From IMG/VR virus record IMGVR_UViG_3300035530_000023, positions 7,951-71,950 of that record: a stretch of DNA of 64,000 nucleotides. One strand, given 5' to 3'. Of the stretch, positions 47,968-58,768 are shown one piece after another; positions within the stretch are counted from its first letter, which is position 1, and the number at the start of each line of letters is the position of its first letter. Origin of the DNA: a virus (lineage: Duplodnaviria; Caudoviricetes). The position numbers and the translations under genes are program-made. The notes beneath the pieces are model-generated. The model was not told the origin of the DNA. It ran no database searches and saw nothing but the letters and a program-made list of their open reading frames with translations.

Positions 47968-49503
47968 ATGTACAGCCCTATGCAACAATCACCCCTAAGT
48001 AATCTGCTGAATCAATATATGACCATGTATACCGATCAGATGTGTCGCCAAAATCAGATGAATCCTAATTTTGCAGAAGAAATAAAACGTACATTTATGG
48101 GACACATCCCTCATATCGAACAGAAACTTGTGACAACATACGGCCAAAGTCTAACCGAAGGTGTTATAAGTAATGAAGTTCAACAGTATATCAATAACTA
48201 CATTAATACTGTAAATAATACTAGAAATATTTCTAACAATATAGTTGGAAATAATTTACAGCAGCCCAATTTTGGATTTTCTGGTGGTGGATTTTCTGGT
48301 GGTGGATTTTCTGGTGGTGGTGGAATCTCAGTTGCACCTGGACGCTTAGGGACAAGTTTAAACAATCAACCAAATCCCTATCCTCAGAATCAGCCCCAGA
48401 ATCAACCCCAACCTCAGTCCCAACCGATTCAAAATACTAACTCTAATCAAAATATGCCTATGCCAAATCCACAAACTGCCCAGAAACCCTTCAGAACTCC
48501 AAAAGAGTCTGACGGAAATCAAGCCGAAACAAACATTCACAATATTGAGAAAATTCAATTGTGTAGAGATGTTAAAACCTATAAGGGCGATAATTACAAT
48601 TGTAAGTTGTTTGATATCGAGTTGTATATTCCTGAAAATGATTTGGAAACCTGCATTCATGCATTTGAACTATCAAATCCGAATTTGGTAAGGAAGACAA
48701 ATTGGCTGCATGACATCAAGTATCAGGAGATGTGTTGTGTAAAATCCAAATTGTCCGATACCGAAATGGCAATTAAAGAGATTACTGATACGTTTGCTAC
48801 TGGGGGTTGGGAAGCTGCTTATGATATCATGAAGAATCATAGTCAGAAATTTAATGAAGTGATGGAGAATGTATTAGTAACTGAAATTAACGATCTCCTA
48901 TCGGTAAATTGCATTTCGGCTGCTAATTTATTGAGTCCCTCTATTGAGTGTATGGATGATATTGAAGATCTATATACACTTAGCCCCGACGATCCAGATT
49001 GGGCACCGCTCGTATCTGGTTGGGGTAGTTGGGAGAACCGAATATCGACCCTAATTGGGTTAGCTTTTCGGAGAGTATTTGGTAATAAGAAATCGACGTT
49101 AAAGGTACCAGAAGATACTCACTACATAAGCAAATGTAAAGATATCATAATCCGAAAAGATGGATTCACCGAAACAACTCCATTAAGTGAGGTGACTTCG
49201 AGTGATGGAAGTATCGATTCGGAATATATTGAAGCATTTTCTGAACAAACTATTATGTTGATGAAAAAGCGCGTTTTGTATACTAATGTAGTTCCTGACG
49301 ATTTTATGTATAAGCTCATAAATAATACTGATGGACTATTTAGTATTGAAGAACCACAAAATATGTTAGAATATCTACTATATCATCGAATGGAAATTGA
49401 CACAACTCCATTTCAACTGTTCTTGTATAGTACTAGAACTCGAGAAAAATTGTTGTTGAAAGTTGGTAAGAGTGTCGAAGGTCACATTATCGTTTCGAAA
49501 TAA
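47968..49503 (+). CDS. Hypothetical protein with Q/N/P/G-rich low-complexity region (gp124-like position)
   Basis: 511 aa; NFGFSGGGFSGGGFSGGGG and PQNQ repeats. Confidence 0.65.
   Translation: MYSPMQQSPLSNLLNQYMTMYTDQMCRQNQMNPNFAEEIKRTFMGHIPHIEQKLVTTYGQSLTEGVISNEVQQYINNYINTVNNTRNISNNIVGNNLQQPNFGFSGGGFSGGGFSGGGGISVAPGRLGTSLNNQPNPYPQNQPQNQPQPQSQPIQNTNSNQNMPMPNPQTAQKPFRTPKESDGNQAETNIHNIEKIQLCRDVKTYKGDNYNCKLFDIELYIPENDLETCIHAFELSNPNLVRKTNWLHDIKYQEMCCVKSKLSDTEMAIKEITDTFATGGWEAAYDIMKNHSQKFNEVMENVLVTEINDLLSVNCISAANLLSPSIECMDDIEDLYTLSPDDPDWAPLVSGWGSWENRISTLIGLAFRRVFGNKKSTLKVPEDTHYISKCKDIIIRKDGFTETTPLSEVTSSDGSIDSEYIEAFSEQTIMLMKKRVLYTNVVPDDFMYKLINNTDGLFSIEEPQNMLEYLLYHRMEIDTTPFQLFLYSTRTREKLLLKVGKSVEGHIIVSK
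48274..48318 (+). repeat. 15-bp in-frame tandem repeat, three copies
   Basis: GGATTTTCTGGTGGT x3, encoding GFSGG x3. Confidence 0.95.
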
Positions 49504-49518
49504 ATCCCTCCATTTAGG

Positions 49519-49558
49519 TACTATAGTGATACTCCTTAGTGGGAGTATCACTATAGTA
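49519..49558. terminator. Intergenic hairpin
   Basis: 17-bp perfect stem, loop TTAGTG. Confidence 0.75.
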
Positions 49559-49700
49559 TCTATTTAAAACTATCATGATATTTTTCTTTTTATATTTTTT
49601 TTAATAAGTAGTTTATATCATATAATAAATTATACCAATTATCTGAATTATATATAACCCTCAACTGTAGAGCTACCCTAAATTAAAAGGAGGGGAAATT

Positions 49701-50147
49701 GTGATAAACTTATTAAAGTTTGTACCTTTTCTGTACCGAAATGGATTAATGACAGTGGATAGAGCTAATTGCTTTACTAATATAATCGAATACGGTTTTC
49801 CTGAAGACTCCAAATTCACAATAGTGTATGGATACGAGGACTTGACTTCTGTATATCAAAATAATGTTGGAAGAGGTCTTACCTATAATGGACATAAGGC
49901 AATTCCTGCAGTAGTATTAGTACAAACTAATAATACTGTTACGCCAACATTCGATCATCAAGTAACTCCAACAATACCCATTACACCTGACGAAATAAAA
50001 TTCATACAACCATTAGATTTTCTTAATACAACATTTGACGAAATTGAAGAAGGGTATTTGTATATGTGTCGAAATGCGACTAATACACAACACTTTATTC
50101 ACATGTTTACTACGATAATTAATAGATATCAAATAAGGTTTCCTTAA
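49701..50147 (+). CDS. Hypothetical protein
   Basis: 148 aa; AGGAGG RBS and GTG start; flanked by hairpins. Confidence 0.6.
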   Translation: MINLLKFVPFLYRNGLMTVDRANCFTNIIEYGFPEDSKFTIVYGYEDLTSVYQNNVGRGLTYNGHKAIPAVVLVQTNNTVTPTFDHQVTPTIPITPDEIKFIQPLDFLNTTFDEIEEGYLYMCRNATNTQHFIHMFTTIINRYQIRFP

Positions 50148-50157
50148 ATACCTAAAG

Positions 50158-50196
50158 AGATATAAGCGGAGAGCTAATTGCTCTCCGCTTATATCT
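50158..50196. terminator. Hairpin between convergent genes
   Basis: 17-bp perfect stem, loop TAATT. Confidence 0.8.
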
Positions 50197-50209
50197 ATAT
50201 TGCTGACGA

Positions 50210-51040
50210 TTAAATCAAAAATGTATTTCCTTTACCAATCCTAATCTCTTTTTCAATACGAGCATTCGGATTTGACATATTAGTACTATTGAAACAGCAA
50301 TGAATTCCCAATTGTGTATATATCGATTCTGTATACTGAATAGATGCACCTAGACCGTTGTCGGCAGATACGATCATATCTTCACCAGTATAAATTCCAA
50401 TCTCACTCACGCTAGCTCGACGAAGATCACCATAAAGAATACCAATCGATTCAATAATTTCTTGTCCAGTAATAATTAACTGTCCTGACAAAAGAACGTT
50501 AATTTCATCACCACTAGTTACAGAAGTTCCAGTATCTGTAGGTGTTTGTGGAATAGGATAAAGATTGGCCGGATCAAGTTCATATACTACTTCAGAATTA
50601 GTTTCAGCATCGGTCCTAGTTATCTGTACAGCTGTATCTAAAAACTCAATATTCTTAAGATAATAACACCAATAATTGGTACCTTCAATCGTCTTAAGTA
50701 CTCTGATCCTATAATTACTACGTTCTGCTGTTGTCAGATCTTCATCTTCTGGAACACATCGAAATGGGATAGGTGTATATAAATCCATATTTTTCATAGT
50801 TGGAACATATGGAGTCTGCAAATTCCCATCATCAACATTACGACAACCATTAATACCAATACCGAAATATTTAATTTGTGGTTTATTTTGTGGTGTTATA
50901 GCTGGAAATAAATTGTATTTACTATTGATAGTCGTATCTGCACGTTGTGACAATGCAATAGGGGAAAATGCTTGCAACTCATTTTCTACACCTATAAGAG
51001 TCTTTTGTACTTCAAAAGGTACTTGATTAGTAATTGCCAT
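50210..51040 (-). CDS. Virion structural protein (phiKZ gp127-like)
   Basis: IKYFGIGINGC, PIPFRCVP and YWCYYLK motifs; synteny. Confidence 0.6.
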   Translation of the reverse strand: MAITNQVPFEVQKTLIGVENELQAFSPIALSQRADTTINSKYNLFPAITPQNKPQIKYFGIGINGCRNVDDGNLQTPYVPTMKNMDLYTPIPFRCVPEDEDLTTAERSNYRIRVLKTIEGTNYWCYYLKNIEFLDTAVQITRTDAETNSEVVYELDPANLYPIPQTPTDTGTSVTSGDEINVLLSGQLIITGQEIIESIGILYGDLRRASVSEIGIYTGEDMIVSADNGLGASIQYTESIYTQLGIHCCFNSTNMSNPNARIEKEIRIGKGNTFLI

Positions 51041-51046
51041 AATATT

Positions 51047-53260
51047 TTACTCTCCTAAAGTTTTGAATTGAGTATCTAACGACAAATCTATAAATAATTT
51101 ATCCTGCATATGGTGTCTATTATCTATAGTTGCATCTAATGGATCTACAATTAACGTCGGGTCAATATAGGTATCTGACATAGAAATATCATCTTCAAAT
51201 TGCATATCAAATCTATTATTCCTATATCGCATATTGATATCTAAAATGACTGGATCGTAATCTACTAATATATCCGATTTATCAGTCGTAATAGTATCAA
51301 AATGTGTATATGTAGGATCTAGATATTGTCTACCTTCTATAACTTGTGTATCATGATCATCAATAGGCAGATTAGATAAAAAGAAATACGTTGCACATTC
51401 ACGATTAGTATTAAGGAATGCAACATTATAACTACACAACTGTACAAATAGATCTTTCAATTTTGTATAAACATAACTGTTATCATTATCCGACACCGAT
51501 AAATATTTACGGAATCGCTCTTTAGTAAGTGGAATTAATAATTCGACAAGACTAGAAGCTAATTGTCCGTAACCTTCTTCAGAATTTTGTAAATTATTGT
51601 ATGCAGTTATCAGTGACGAAATATGAATATTAGATGATATCCATTCGCCATAATTAGTATATTCGGATAATTGGATAGGAATAGTCTTATTTTGAATAAG
51701 GCGATTGTATACAGTACTGAGTGATTTGTGTACTAATCTATTAGAAGAATTTCTAATAAGTAAGATATGAGAAATGAGAGCATCGAATTGATCACCAATA
51801 AGATCCATCATTTCAATTTGATCAATAGGTATATCTTTATATACAATCTCATCTAATAATTTATTAGTATGAATGTAGTTCTTTATCTGGTAAATATTTC
51901 CATCAAAACTAAATGTGGTAGGTAAATCTGTTGGTCGGGAGAAATCAACATAACCTGACGATGTAGTATATCGTGTAGGTAACGTCATTGGAACCTGTTG
52001 CATATATCTATGTTGAGCGTAATATAACAAGGCTAAGGCGTCACCTAATGGCATATTTACAAATTCTATACCAGACACCGAATCTACCCAAGCTATACTG
52101 AAGTTTAATTTTTCGTATATATATCGAGAAATTAAAGTATCTAAACTAAATTTAATTAATAGATTTTCATACTTATTATCAATTGTATACTTTTTTAATT
52201 CCAAAAGTTTTGTAGGTAATATATTTATTCGAGTATTCGATAGTTTGTCAGTAACTTCTTGTACATAGTCTAAAGAGTATCTATCGTCAAATTGTATATT
52301 ATGCAATCTTCGTTGTATGTTGGCAACGGTTTCAAATTCAGTAGTATCAGCTTTAGCAATAGCGTCTTCGGTATAATCAACTACCTGATCTGACAATATC
52401 TCAGGATACCACCTACAATCATCGACACTCGCAGTAGAGTGATATACCTTTTTCCCAACGATAGATATCCTAAATTGTTTTAATATATTCTCAGCTAAAA
52501 TAGATAATGTAGATTCTTTACCTCTATTCTTCAGAATGTAATTAATATTTCGATATAAAAATAACGATTGTTTATTCGTTAATATATCTCTATAATCTCC
52601 TAAACCTTTCGAAGTGAGATATTCCCAAATATGAAAAGTATGTACAGATGGAGTATGTAAATTCTTAATACGCTTACTAAAAAGTGATAATGTCAAATTA
52701 TACCATACAAGTGCATAAAATGCTATAGGATACAATTCTTCATATTCGAATTCTTGAATATACCACCGACTACCGTTGAATTGTAAAAAATTTTCAATGT
52801 GTTCAATTAAAGAGTGTCGTTCGTTTTGATCTAGAAATGTTATATCATATCGTAATAGTGAAAATTCTTCAGCTTCAATAGCTGAATTTATATCAGATAC
52901 CGGATATACTATAGATTTAATAAGGTCAACTTGATCTGGATACGCTTTTTCTAATTCTTTATATCTCGGCAATCCGACTTTATATAATGCAGCTGTTTTT
53001 GGATGATACATCAAATTTTCTTTAGTGAAATTTATCATTTCACCTATATCGACCGAATATACTTCCATCATAGTATTTGAACTATGATATTCCCCAATCA
53101 TATTTAGATAATAGGGCCATTGAGTTCTATCATTTTTGTCTATCTCATATCCAGAATAACTTAATTCTAAATTCCTCAATTGTCCTAATTTGTCAAATTT
53201 GATTGTTACTGTCTTTAAGAAATTATAAATTTCTTGCCTATACAATTGAAATTGATACAT
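51047..53260 (-). CDS. Virion structural protein (phiKZ gp128-like)
   Basis: WPYYLNMIGEYH and FLYRNINYILKNRGK motifs; divergent from the portal candidate. Confidence 0.6.
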   Translation of the reverse strand: MYQFQLYRQEIYNFLKTVTIKFDKLGQLRNLELSYSGYEIDKNDRTQWPYYLNMIGEYHSSNTMMEVYSVDIGEMINFTKENLMYHPKTAALYKVGLPRYKELEKAYPDQVDLIKSIVYPVSDINSAIEAEEFSLLRYDITFLDQNERHSLIEHIENFLQFNGSRWYIQEFEYEELYPIAFYALVWYNLTLSLFSKRIKNLHTPSVHTFHIWEYLTSKGLGDYRDILTNKQSLFLYRNINYILKNRGKESTLSILAENILKQFRISIVGKKVYHSTASVDDCRWYPEILSDQVVDYTEDAIAKADTTEFETVANIQRRLHNIQFDDRYSLDYVQEVTDKLSNTRINILPTKLLELKKYTIDNKYENLLIKFSLDTLISRYIYEKLNFSIAWVDSVSGIEFVNMPLGDALALLYYAQHRYMQQVPMTLPTRYTTSSGYVDFSRPTDLPTTFSFDGNIYQIKNYIHTNKLLDEIVYKDIPIDQIEMMDLIGDQFDALISHILLIRNSSNRLVHKSLSTVYNRLIQNKTIPIQLSEYTNYGEWISSNIHISSLITAYNNLQNSEEGYGQLASSLVELLIPLTKERFRKYLSVSDNDNSYVYTKLKDLFVQLCSYNVAFLNTNRECATYFFLSNLPIDDHDTQVIEGRQYLDPTYTHFDTITTDKSDILVDYDPVILDINMRYRNNRFDMQFEDDISMSDTYIDPTLIVDPLDATIDNRHHMQDKLFIDLSLDTQFKTLGE

Positions 53261-53299
53261 AAATTAACCTCTCTATAACCATATATAAGGAGTATCGTC

Positions 53300-55774
53300 G
53301 TGGGAAAATTTACTATAAAGCTTAAAGATATTTTCAATATAACAAGTCCAAATAACTACAAAGCGAATAATCCCACTATAGCGATCAACAATAGTAACAT
53401 GATTGATGGTGAAGAATATAAGAGTCTAATAGAATCAACACACATTCCTGCAAAAACTACTAATATAAAGCCCGATTCCATTATAGCATATTCCCAACCT
53501 ATACAAGAAAAAATAGAAGATACTAAACGGGAATCTGATTATATTAGATCGTTGTTGCCAGAAATAAAGCAAGCTGAAGCTGTACTGATTCCTAGTATCT
53601 TATCGCCAAATGATTTGCAAGATAGCAACCTCAATATCAATATATCTTTAGATGACAACGCAGAAGAGTTAGAGACCAAATTGGGTTCCCATATTTTACA
53701 ACATATGGAAGAAAAATATGGAATTAATAATCGATTAGAAGAGTGGTTAAAACCGATGTTGTATGGAGTAGGTGCTAAACCTATAATGATCTTACCGAAT
53801 TCCATTATAAAGAATATGATGGACAACGAACAAATTGTAGGTAATGAACATCTATTACAACAAGCTTTAGATTCAGTTTGGGATAAACAAATATATACTA
53901 ATAAGAAACACAATACAACAGCTATTGGAACTGAAACTTTATATGTCGATTCGAAAATATCATCTAAATTACAAGATGAGATTGTAAGTAGTGTACGCAC
54001 AACTCGAAACGATTCTAAATTTCGTGAGTATACAAAAAATACTACAAAATATCTATCTGGTATTGAAAGTGTGATAGTATCTCGAATGGCAAATTCTCAA
54101 TTGTTGTCATTTCATGAAAATCCTGAAATTGCAGGATTATGCGAATTGTCGGAAGATGTTGCTAAACAACAGATCAGCAATAACATCACCTCTGCGTTTA
54201 AAGGTTATAATGAATATCAATTTGAAAAGGAACCAATAATAGAACTTGAAATTCCTGAAATATCTGAAAATATAGGAAATGCTACTTTATTAGAATTGCC
54301 TACAGAATCAATTATTCCTATCCATACTCCAGGTACTCCTACTAATCATGTAGGATATTTCTTATTGTTAGATAAAATGGGTAATCCTTTACAAGATTCA
54401 GGAAACGATGGTGATGAACAAAATGATTATAGTAATATCCTTAAATCCTCAAATAGTACAGCATTTGGGGGACAAGAAGATATACGAAAGATCATGGATT
54501 CGTACGCTAACCACCATTCCCGGGTAGTTAATCAGGTATACGAACATATCTTAGATAAATATCTAATAAAACAACTAGACAATTTGGGCTTAAATAATGT
54601 AGATATTACAACTTCGGATAGTATAACTAAATGTATGTTTAGAAGATTGATGGAAAATAAAGAAACACGAATACTATTTATTCCTAAAGATCTTCTAATA
54701 TATATGTGCTTTGATTATAATGAAGATGGTACAGGGAAGAGTAAATTGGAAGATATAAAATTTGTACTCTCTCTCAGAATATCATTAATGATAAGTAAGA
54801 TAATGGCAGCTATGGAAGATGCTATTAATAAGCAGCGTATTACTTTAGAATTTGATGAAAAGATGACTAATCCTTTAGAAACTATGGAAACTATTAGAAA
54901 TTCATTTATTGCCAAAAAGAAATTGAATTTGTCATATAGACCTTCTAGTATACTCCAGACTCTAACGGAAAAGAGTCTAACTATGGTTCCTAAAAATATT
55001 CCAGGATTAGCATCATTCAATTTAGATACTGATAATGCTTCGTCTTCGACAACTAGACCAGACGATGACTTAAGTGAAGAGTTACGTAATATGTCCAATT
55101 TGGCACTAGGAGTTCCACCTTCTGCCCTTAATAATTTGAATGAAGATGAGTATTCACGATCAGTAGCTACATCTAATATCTTCTTCTCAAATACTATTAG
55201 GAAATATCAAAAAACATTATGCGCTTTTATTAGAAATATTATTTCTACTTATATTAAGTTTAGTAAACCATTACGAGATGAACTATGTGAAATAATACTA
55301 AATAGTAAAATAGAAGAACAGATATCAGAAGATTCTACCGACAATATATCTAAAGATAAACTATTAGATAAATATTTATCTCAAATAATCAAAAATCTTT
55401 CAGTATCGTTACCTAAACCGAATATAGCTCCAGACAAAGCTCAATTTAATGAATTAAGAGAGTATAAAGATATGATTAATGATATACTCGAAGCTATATA
55501 TCCCGAAGATATTCTTATGAAAGATAGAGATGCTGGAGAAGGGTTAACACAACTTCGAGCATACTTGAAGAGTAATATTGTAAGAAACTACATCATATCT
55601 TCAGGGTTTGGTACTAATTTACATATTCCTCAATTAGACGATACTTTTGAAAGTATGATAGATATTAATGCTATTTATCAAACTATTCTCAATTTTCATA
55701 AAGGATTTGATTCACTTAAAACTGTAGTTAATAATGAAGATGGAGAAAATTCTGATAGTGGGTATGGGTATTAA
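53300..55774 (+). CDS. Portal protein (phiKZ gp129-like)
   Basis: LLPEIKQAEAVLIPSILSPND, LPTESIIPIH...HVGYFLLLD and LALGVPPS; 824 aa; synteny. Confidence 0.7.
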   Translation: MGKFTIKLKDIFNITSPNNYKANNPTIAINNSNMIDGEEYKSLIESTHIPAKTTNIKPDSIIAYSQPIQEKIEDTKRESDYIRSLLPEIKQAEAVLIPSILSPNDLQDSNLNINISLDDNAEELETKLGSHILQHMEEKYGINNRLEEWLKPMLYGVGAKPIMILPNSIIKNMMDNEQIVGNEHLLQQALDSVWDKQIYTNKKHNTTAIGTETLYVDSKISSKLQDEIVSSVRTTRNDSKFREYTKNTTKYLSGIESVIVSRMANSQLLSFHENPEIAGLCELSEDVAKQQISNNITSAFKGYNEYQFEKEPIIELEIPEISENIGNATLLELPTESIIPIHTPGTPTNHVGYFLLLDKMGNPLQDSGNDGDEQNDYSNILKSSNSTAFGGQEDIRKIMDSYANHHSRVVNQVYEHILDKYLIKQLDNLGLNNVDITTSDSITKCMFRRLMENKETRILFIPKDLLIYMCFDYNEDGTGKSKLEDIKFVLSLRISLMISKIMAAMEDAINKQRITLEFDEKMTNPLETMETIRNSFIAKKKLNLSYRPSSILQTLTEKSLTMVPKNIPGLASFNLDTDNASSSTTRPDDDLSEELRNMSNLALGVPPSALNNLNEDEYSRSVATSNIFFSNTIRKYQKTLCAFIRNIISTYIKFSKPLRDELCEIILNSKIEEQISEDSTDNISKDKLLDKYLSQIIKNLSVSLPKPNIAPDKAQFNELREYKDMINDILEAIYPEDILMKDRDAGEGLTQLRAYLKSNIVRNYIISSGFGTNLHIPQLDDTFESMIDINAIYQTILNFHKGFDSLKTVVNNEDGENSDSGYGY

Positions 55775-55784
55775 TCGTATAGTA

Positions 55785-55818
55785 AGAGTAGAGGAGGCAT
55801 ATAAGCCTCCTCTACTCT
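55785..55818. terminator. Hairpin between convergent portal and tail tube genes
   Basis: 14-bp perfect stem, loop ATATAA. Confidence 0.8.
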
Positions 55819-55854
55819 ATACTTTACACCCCTTTACCTGTAATCGTATAATAC

Positions 55855-56709
55855 TTATTCTTCATCAAACTCATTACCAATTTCTTCAATCTCTGCACTT
55901 ATACCCTTATCAGTAAGACGTTCTTCGATCTGAGTAGCAATCGATGGAGCATTGTCGAAGTTGGCCTTATGAAGACCTAAGGCGGTTGCAATATCCTGAG
56001 CAGCTCTAAACGTACGCCTATTATGCTGCATAATACCTGCATAGTTGATAGTACGATCCTGAGTCTGAGTAGTACCAATTTCTCTCTGCAGACCAAAGTT
56101 ACCAGTCTCGAGCGGCCACATATTGGTAACCATAAAACCATCAATGATGTTTTCAGGCTTCATCGTCGGATCAAACTGAATAAAACAGATATCCATAGAG
56201 AAGGCAGAAAATACCATTGGATTCAAATCATCATCCTGACCCAAAGCTGCAAGAGCTGAAGCTTGAGTATCAGGATTACGGATTGTAGTTAACCACATCT
56301 TATGGAACTGCCAAACCAAGTTTCCCTGAATTTCAGGATAAACAATACTTGGAGAAATGGCTGTACGTTTAGAGTGTGTAGGCATCTGCAATTCCTGACC
56401 ATCACTAAAAGTCATGGTAGAAGCTGCTTCGAGTGTGTATCCAAAATCGATACCAGTAATGGACTTAGCGTGACGTTCGACCAAAGCTTTCAATATCGAA
56501 TCAGCTTTATCCATAGCTTTAAACATAGTAGGTGTATGTGTAACAACAGCTACAACAGGAGTAAATACCTGAGGAGTAACTGCATCCAGCATAGGCAATC
56601 TGGCACCTACACCTAACTGTCCACCAAGTGGAATATTTGCCAATTTCGTAGTTTCACCGGCAGCTACACTACCTACTTTATTCAAGAACGCTTGTGTCAA
56701 TGCACTCAT
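55855..56709 (-). CDS. Tail tube protein (phiKZ gp30-like)
   Basis: 284 aa immediately downstream of the sheath; YPEIQGNLVW and FIQFDPT...TNMWP; higher GC. Confidence 0.75.
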   Translation of the reverse strand: MSALTQAFLNKVGSVAAGETTKLANIPLGGQLGVGARLPMLDAVTPQVFTPVVAVVTHTPTMFKAMDKADSILKALVERHAKSITGIDFGYTLEAASTMTFSDGQELQMPTHSKRTAISPSIVYPEIQGNLVWQFHKMWLTTIRNPDTQASALAALGQDDDLNPMVFSAFSMDICFIQFDPTMKPENIIDGFMVTNMWPLETGNFGLQREIGTTQTQDRTINYAGIMQHNRRTFRAAQDIATALGLHKANFDNAPSIATQIEERLTDKGISAEIEEIGNEFDEE

Positions 56710-56713
56710 TTAT

Positions 56714-58678
56714 TTATTCCCCCTCATTACGACGCACAGGAATGAGAACATTCCAGACACGCTGACTAAAGTTGCCATAAACAGCAATCTCAATAGTGGT
56801 CTGATATCCCAAAGCCTTATCGATATCGGTCTGATACACTGACACTTCTGTTTTCAGAAATACCCCAAACTTGGTATAGATATCATCACTAATCGATTCT
56901 CGAATTTCACCAAACAACAGTTCAGGAGATTCATCTCTTCCTGCAAAAGTAGCCCACTGAAGTCTAGCTACATGCTTAAGATAAACAAGCATATCACACA
57001 AGATATCGTCAGAAATAAGACTGCTGTCGTACGGATAGATGGATTTAACGTCAGGATAATGATATCCTGTCATATCATAATACTGCATATAATTCAATCC
57101 AGTATCCCAAGATAACTGCTTATGGTCATCACTATTAGGAAACCAGTTGATAGTCTTAAGTGTAGTAACGGCAGAATTTGGAAGACCCTTAGGTTTGCCC
57201 TTAAAGTATACTGCACCCTGCCAAAAACATTTCTTGATCAAACAATCATACGTAGCAGGAACGATCTGTAACCAATTAGGATTAGATACCAAATTACCAC
57301 ACTGTTGGAAGATAGTTCCGCGACAAGCCTGTGTACCATAGATTGTACTTTCAGGATGCAGTAACAACTGACTACGCAATGCTGATCCGGTAGACTGATC
57401 TTCTTCTTTAGTGTTGGCCCCATTAAATACATCCTGAGTACTTACAATAACTTTAACATCATCTCGAACACCCAAAAAATCGATGATATTTTTCTTAGTC
57501 TCTAAAGGATACCCAGAATCGTAGATATGGGTAATAGGATAACGAGCTTGATCGTAAATATCCGGAAATACTTCACCGGACAACCAAGCATCTGTCAGAG
57601 AATTGAGAGTCTCAGGAGAAGTATTTCCATCAGATCCGCCCTGCATGTACTGAATGACATTCTCGTCCATTACTGTAACATTACTAACACCCTCAGTTTT
57701 AATCTCTAAATGATCATAAGGATGACCTTCCAAATCGGTAGCAGTCATAATATCGACCATATACGGATTGGTGAGATCCATCATCATCGGTTCAACAGCC
57801 ATTACTTTCTGACCAATAGTTTGAACATTTTCAGGGAACACTTTCATATTGAAAGGAACACTCGCGAAATCATTATTCAAAATGTGATCAAAATATACAC
57901 GCCTATCGGTCGAAGTATCAATTGCGTCAGGATTAAAAGAAAACTCCGTAGTAGGATTATTATAGAAGTTTCTTACAGGAGTTGGAATATCCATCCCATA
58001 TTCCTGAGATACAATTCCGAGATTAAACATAAGTGCGTCAATTGTATTGATTACACTAGTGTCAGCAGTACTCCAATCGAACCAGATCTTAACCCCAACC
58101 TTATTAGCCCAAGAACCTGGAGAATCGGGAGTCATTACAAGAATAGGGAAAATAGTAACCCCATCGACTTCTGCAGGAAGAAGATTGTCTGGAGTTTCTT
58201 CAGAAGTCAAAGGACGAAGAGCCCAAGTAATTTCAACACCAGGCTCCTTAACTTCGACACCACTTTCCATTCGTGGGATTGGCATACCGGTAAGATCTAA
58301 TGCTCTTCCACCAAACTCATCCTTTTCATATTGCGTAATTTGAACACCTTCTTTGACATGAGCTTCCAAAACTGCAGAAGCTTTAGCTGCAGTTGCATCA
58401 GCCAATCTGACAAAAAAGCATTTCTGATAATTGAGTGTTGTCTTGAAAAATAAATTTGGATGATAAAAAAACTTAGAATATTCATCAAAAGTTCCTTTAC
58501 CGTACAACTTTGACTGAGTAGTATAATCTCCAAACGAAGGTACACCAACAGGACCCTTTTCTGCAAAACCAAAAAAGATAGGCCGATGTAAAGGACTATC
58601 TTCAGGCACAAATACCTGCTGTAACGATTCGTCTTTGACTTCTACCTGGTAATGAGGAAAAGTCTTAAGTTTTGCCAT
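56714..58678 (-). CDS. Contractile tail sheath protein (phiKZ gp29-like)
   Basis: 654 aa; PLHRPIFFGFAEKG, YPITHIYDSGY and YPDVKSIY; sheath-tube gene order; higher GC. Confidence 0.8.
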   Translation of the reverse strand: MAKLKTFPHYQVEVKDESLQQVFVPEDSPLHRPIFFGFAEKGPVGVPSFGDYTTQSKLYGKGTFDEYSKFFYHPNLFFKTTLNYQKCFFVRLADATAAKASAVLEAHVKEGVQITQYEKDEFGGRALDLTGMPIPRMESGVEVKEPGVEITWALRPLTSEETPDNLLPAEVDGVTIFPILVMTPDSPGSWANKVGVKIWFDWSTADTSVINTIDALMFNLGIVSQEYGMDIPTPVRNFYNNPTTEFSFNPDAIDTSTDRRVYFDHILNNDFASVPFNMKVFPENVQTIGQKVMAVEPMMMDLTNPYMVDIMTATDLEGHPYDHLEIKTEGVSNVTVMDENVIQYMQGGSDGNTSPETLNSLTDAWLSGEVFPDIYDQARYPITHIYDSGYPLETKKNIIDFLGVRDDVKVIVSTQDVFNGANTKEEDQSTGSALRSQLLLHPESTIYGTQACRGTIFQQCGNLVSNPNWLQIVPATYDCLIKKCFWQGAVYFKGKPKGLPNSAVTTLKTINWFPNSDDHKQLSWDTGLNYMQYYDMTGYHYPDVKSIYPYDSSLISDDILCDMLVYLKHVARLQWATFAGRDESPELLFGEIRESISDDIYTKFGVFLKTEVSVYQTDIDKALGYQTTIEIAVYGNFSQRVWNVLIPVRRNEGE

Positions 58679-58768
58679 TGAATATCTCCTTTAAGATTGG
58701 GTAAGACTATTTTATAACGATTACAGTAATTATATAATTTACAACAAATAATAAGCTGAGGTTAAACG

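Noticed and set aside
11100-58760. TATG late-promoter motifs upstream of structural genes
   Set aside because: A 4-mer is too frequent in AT-rich DNA to call without TSS data.
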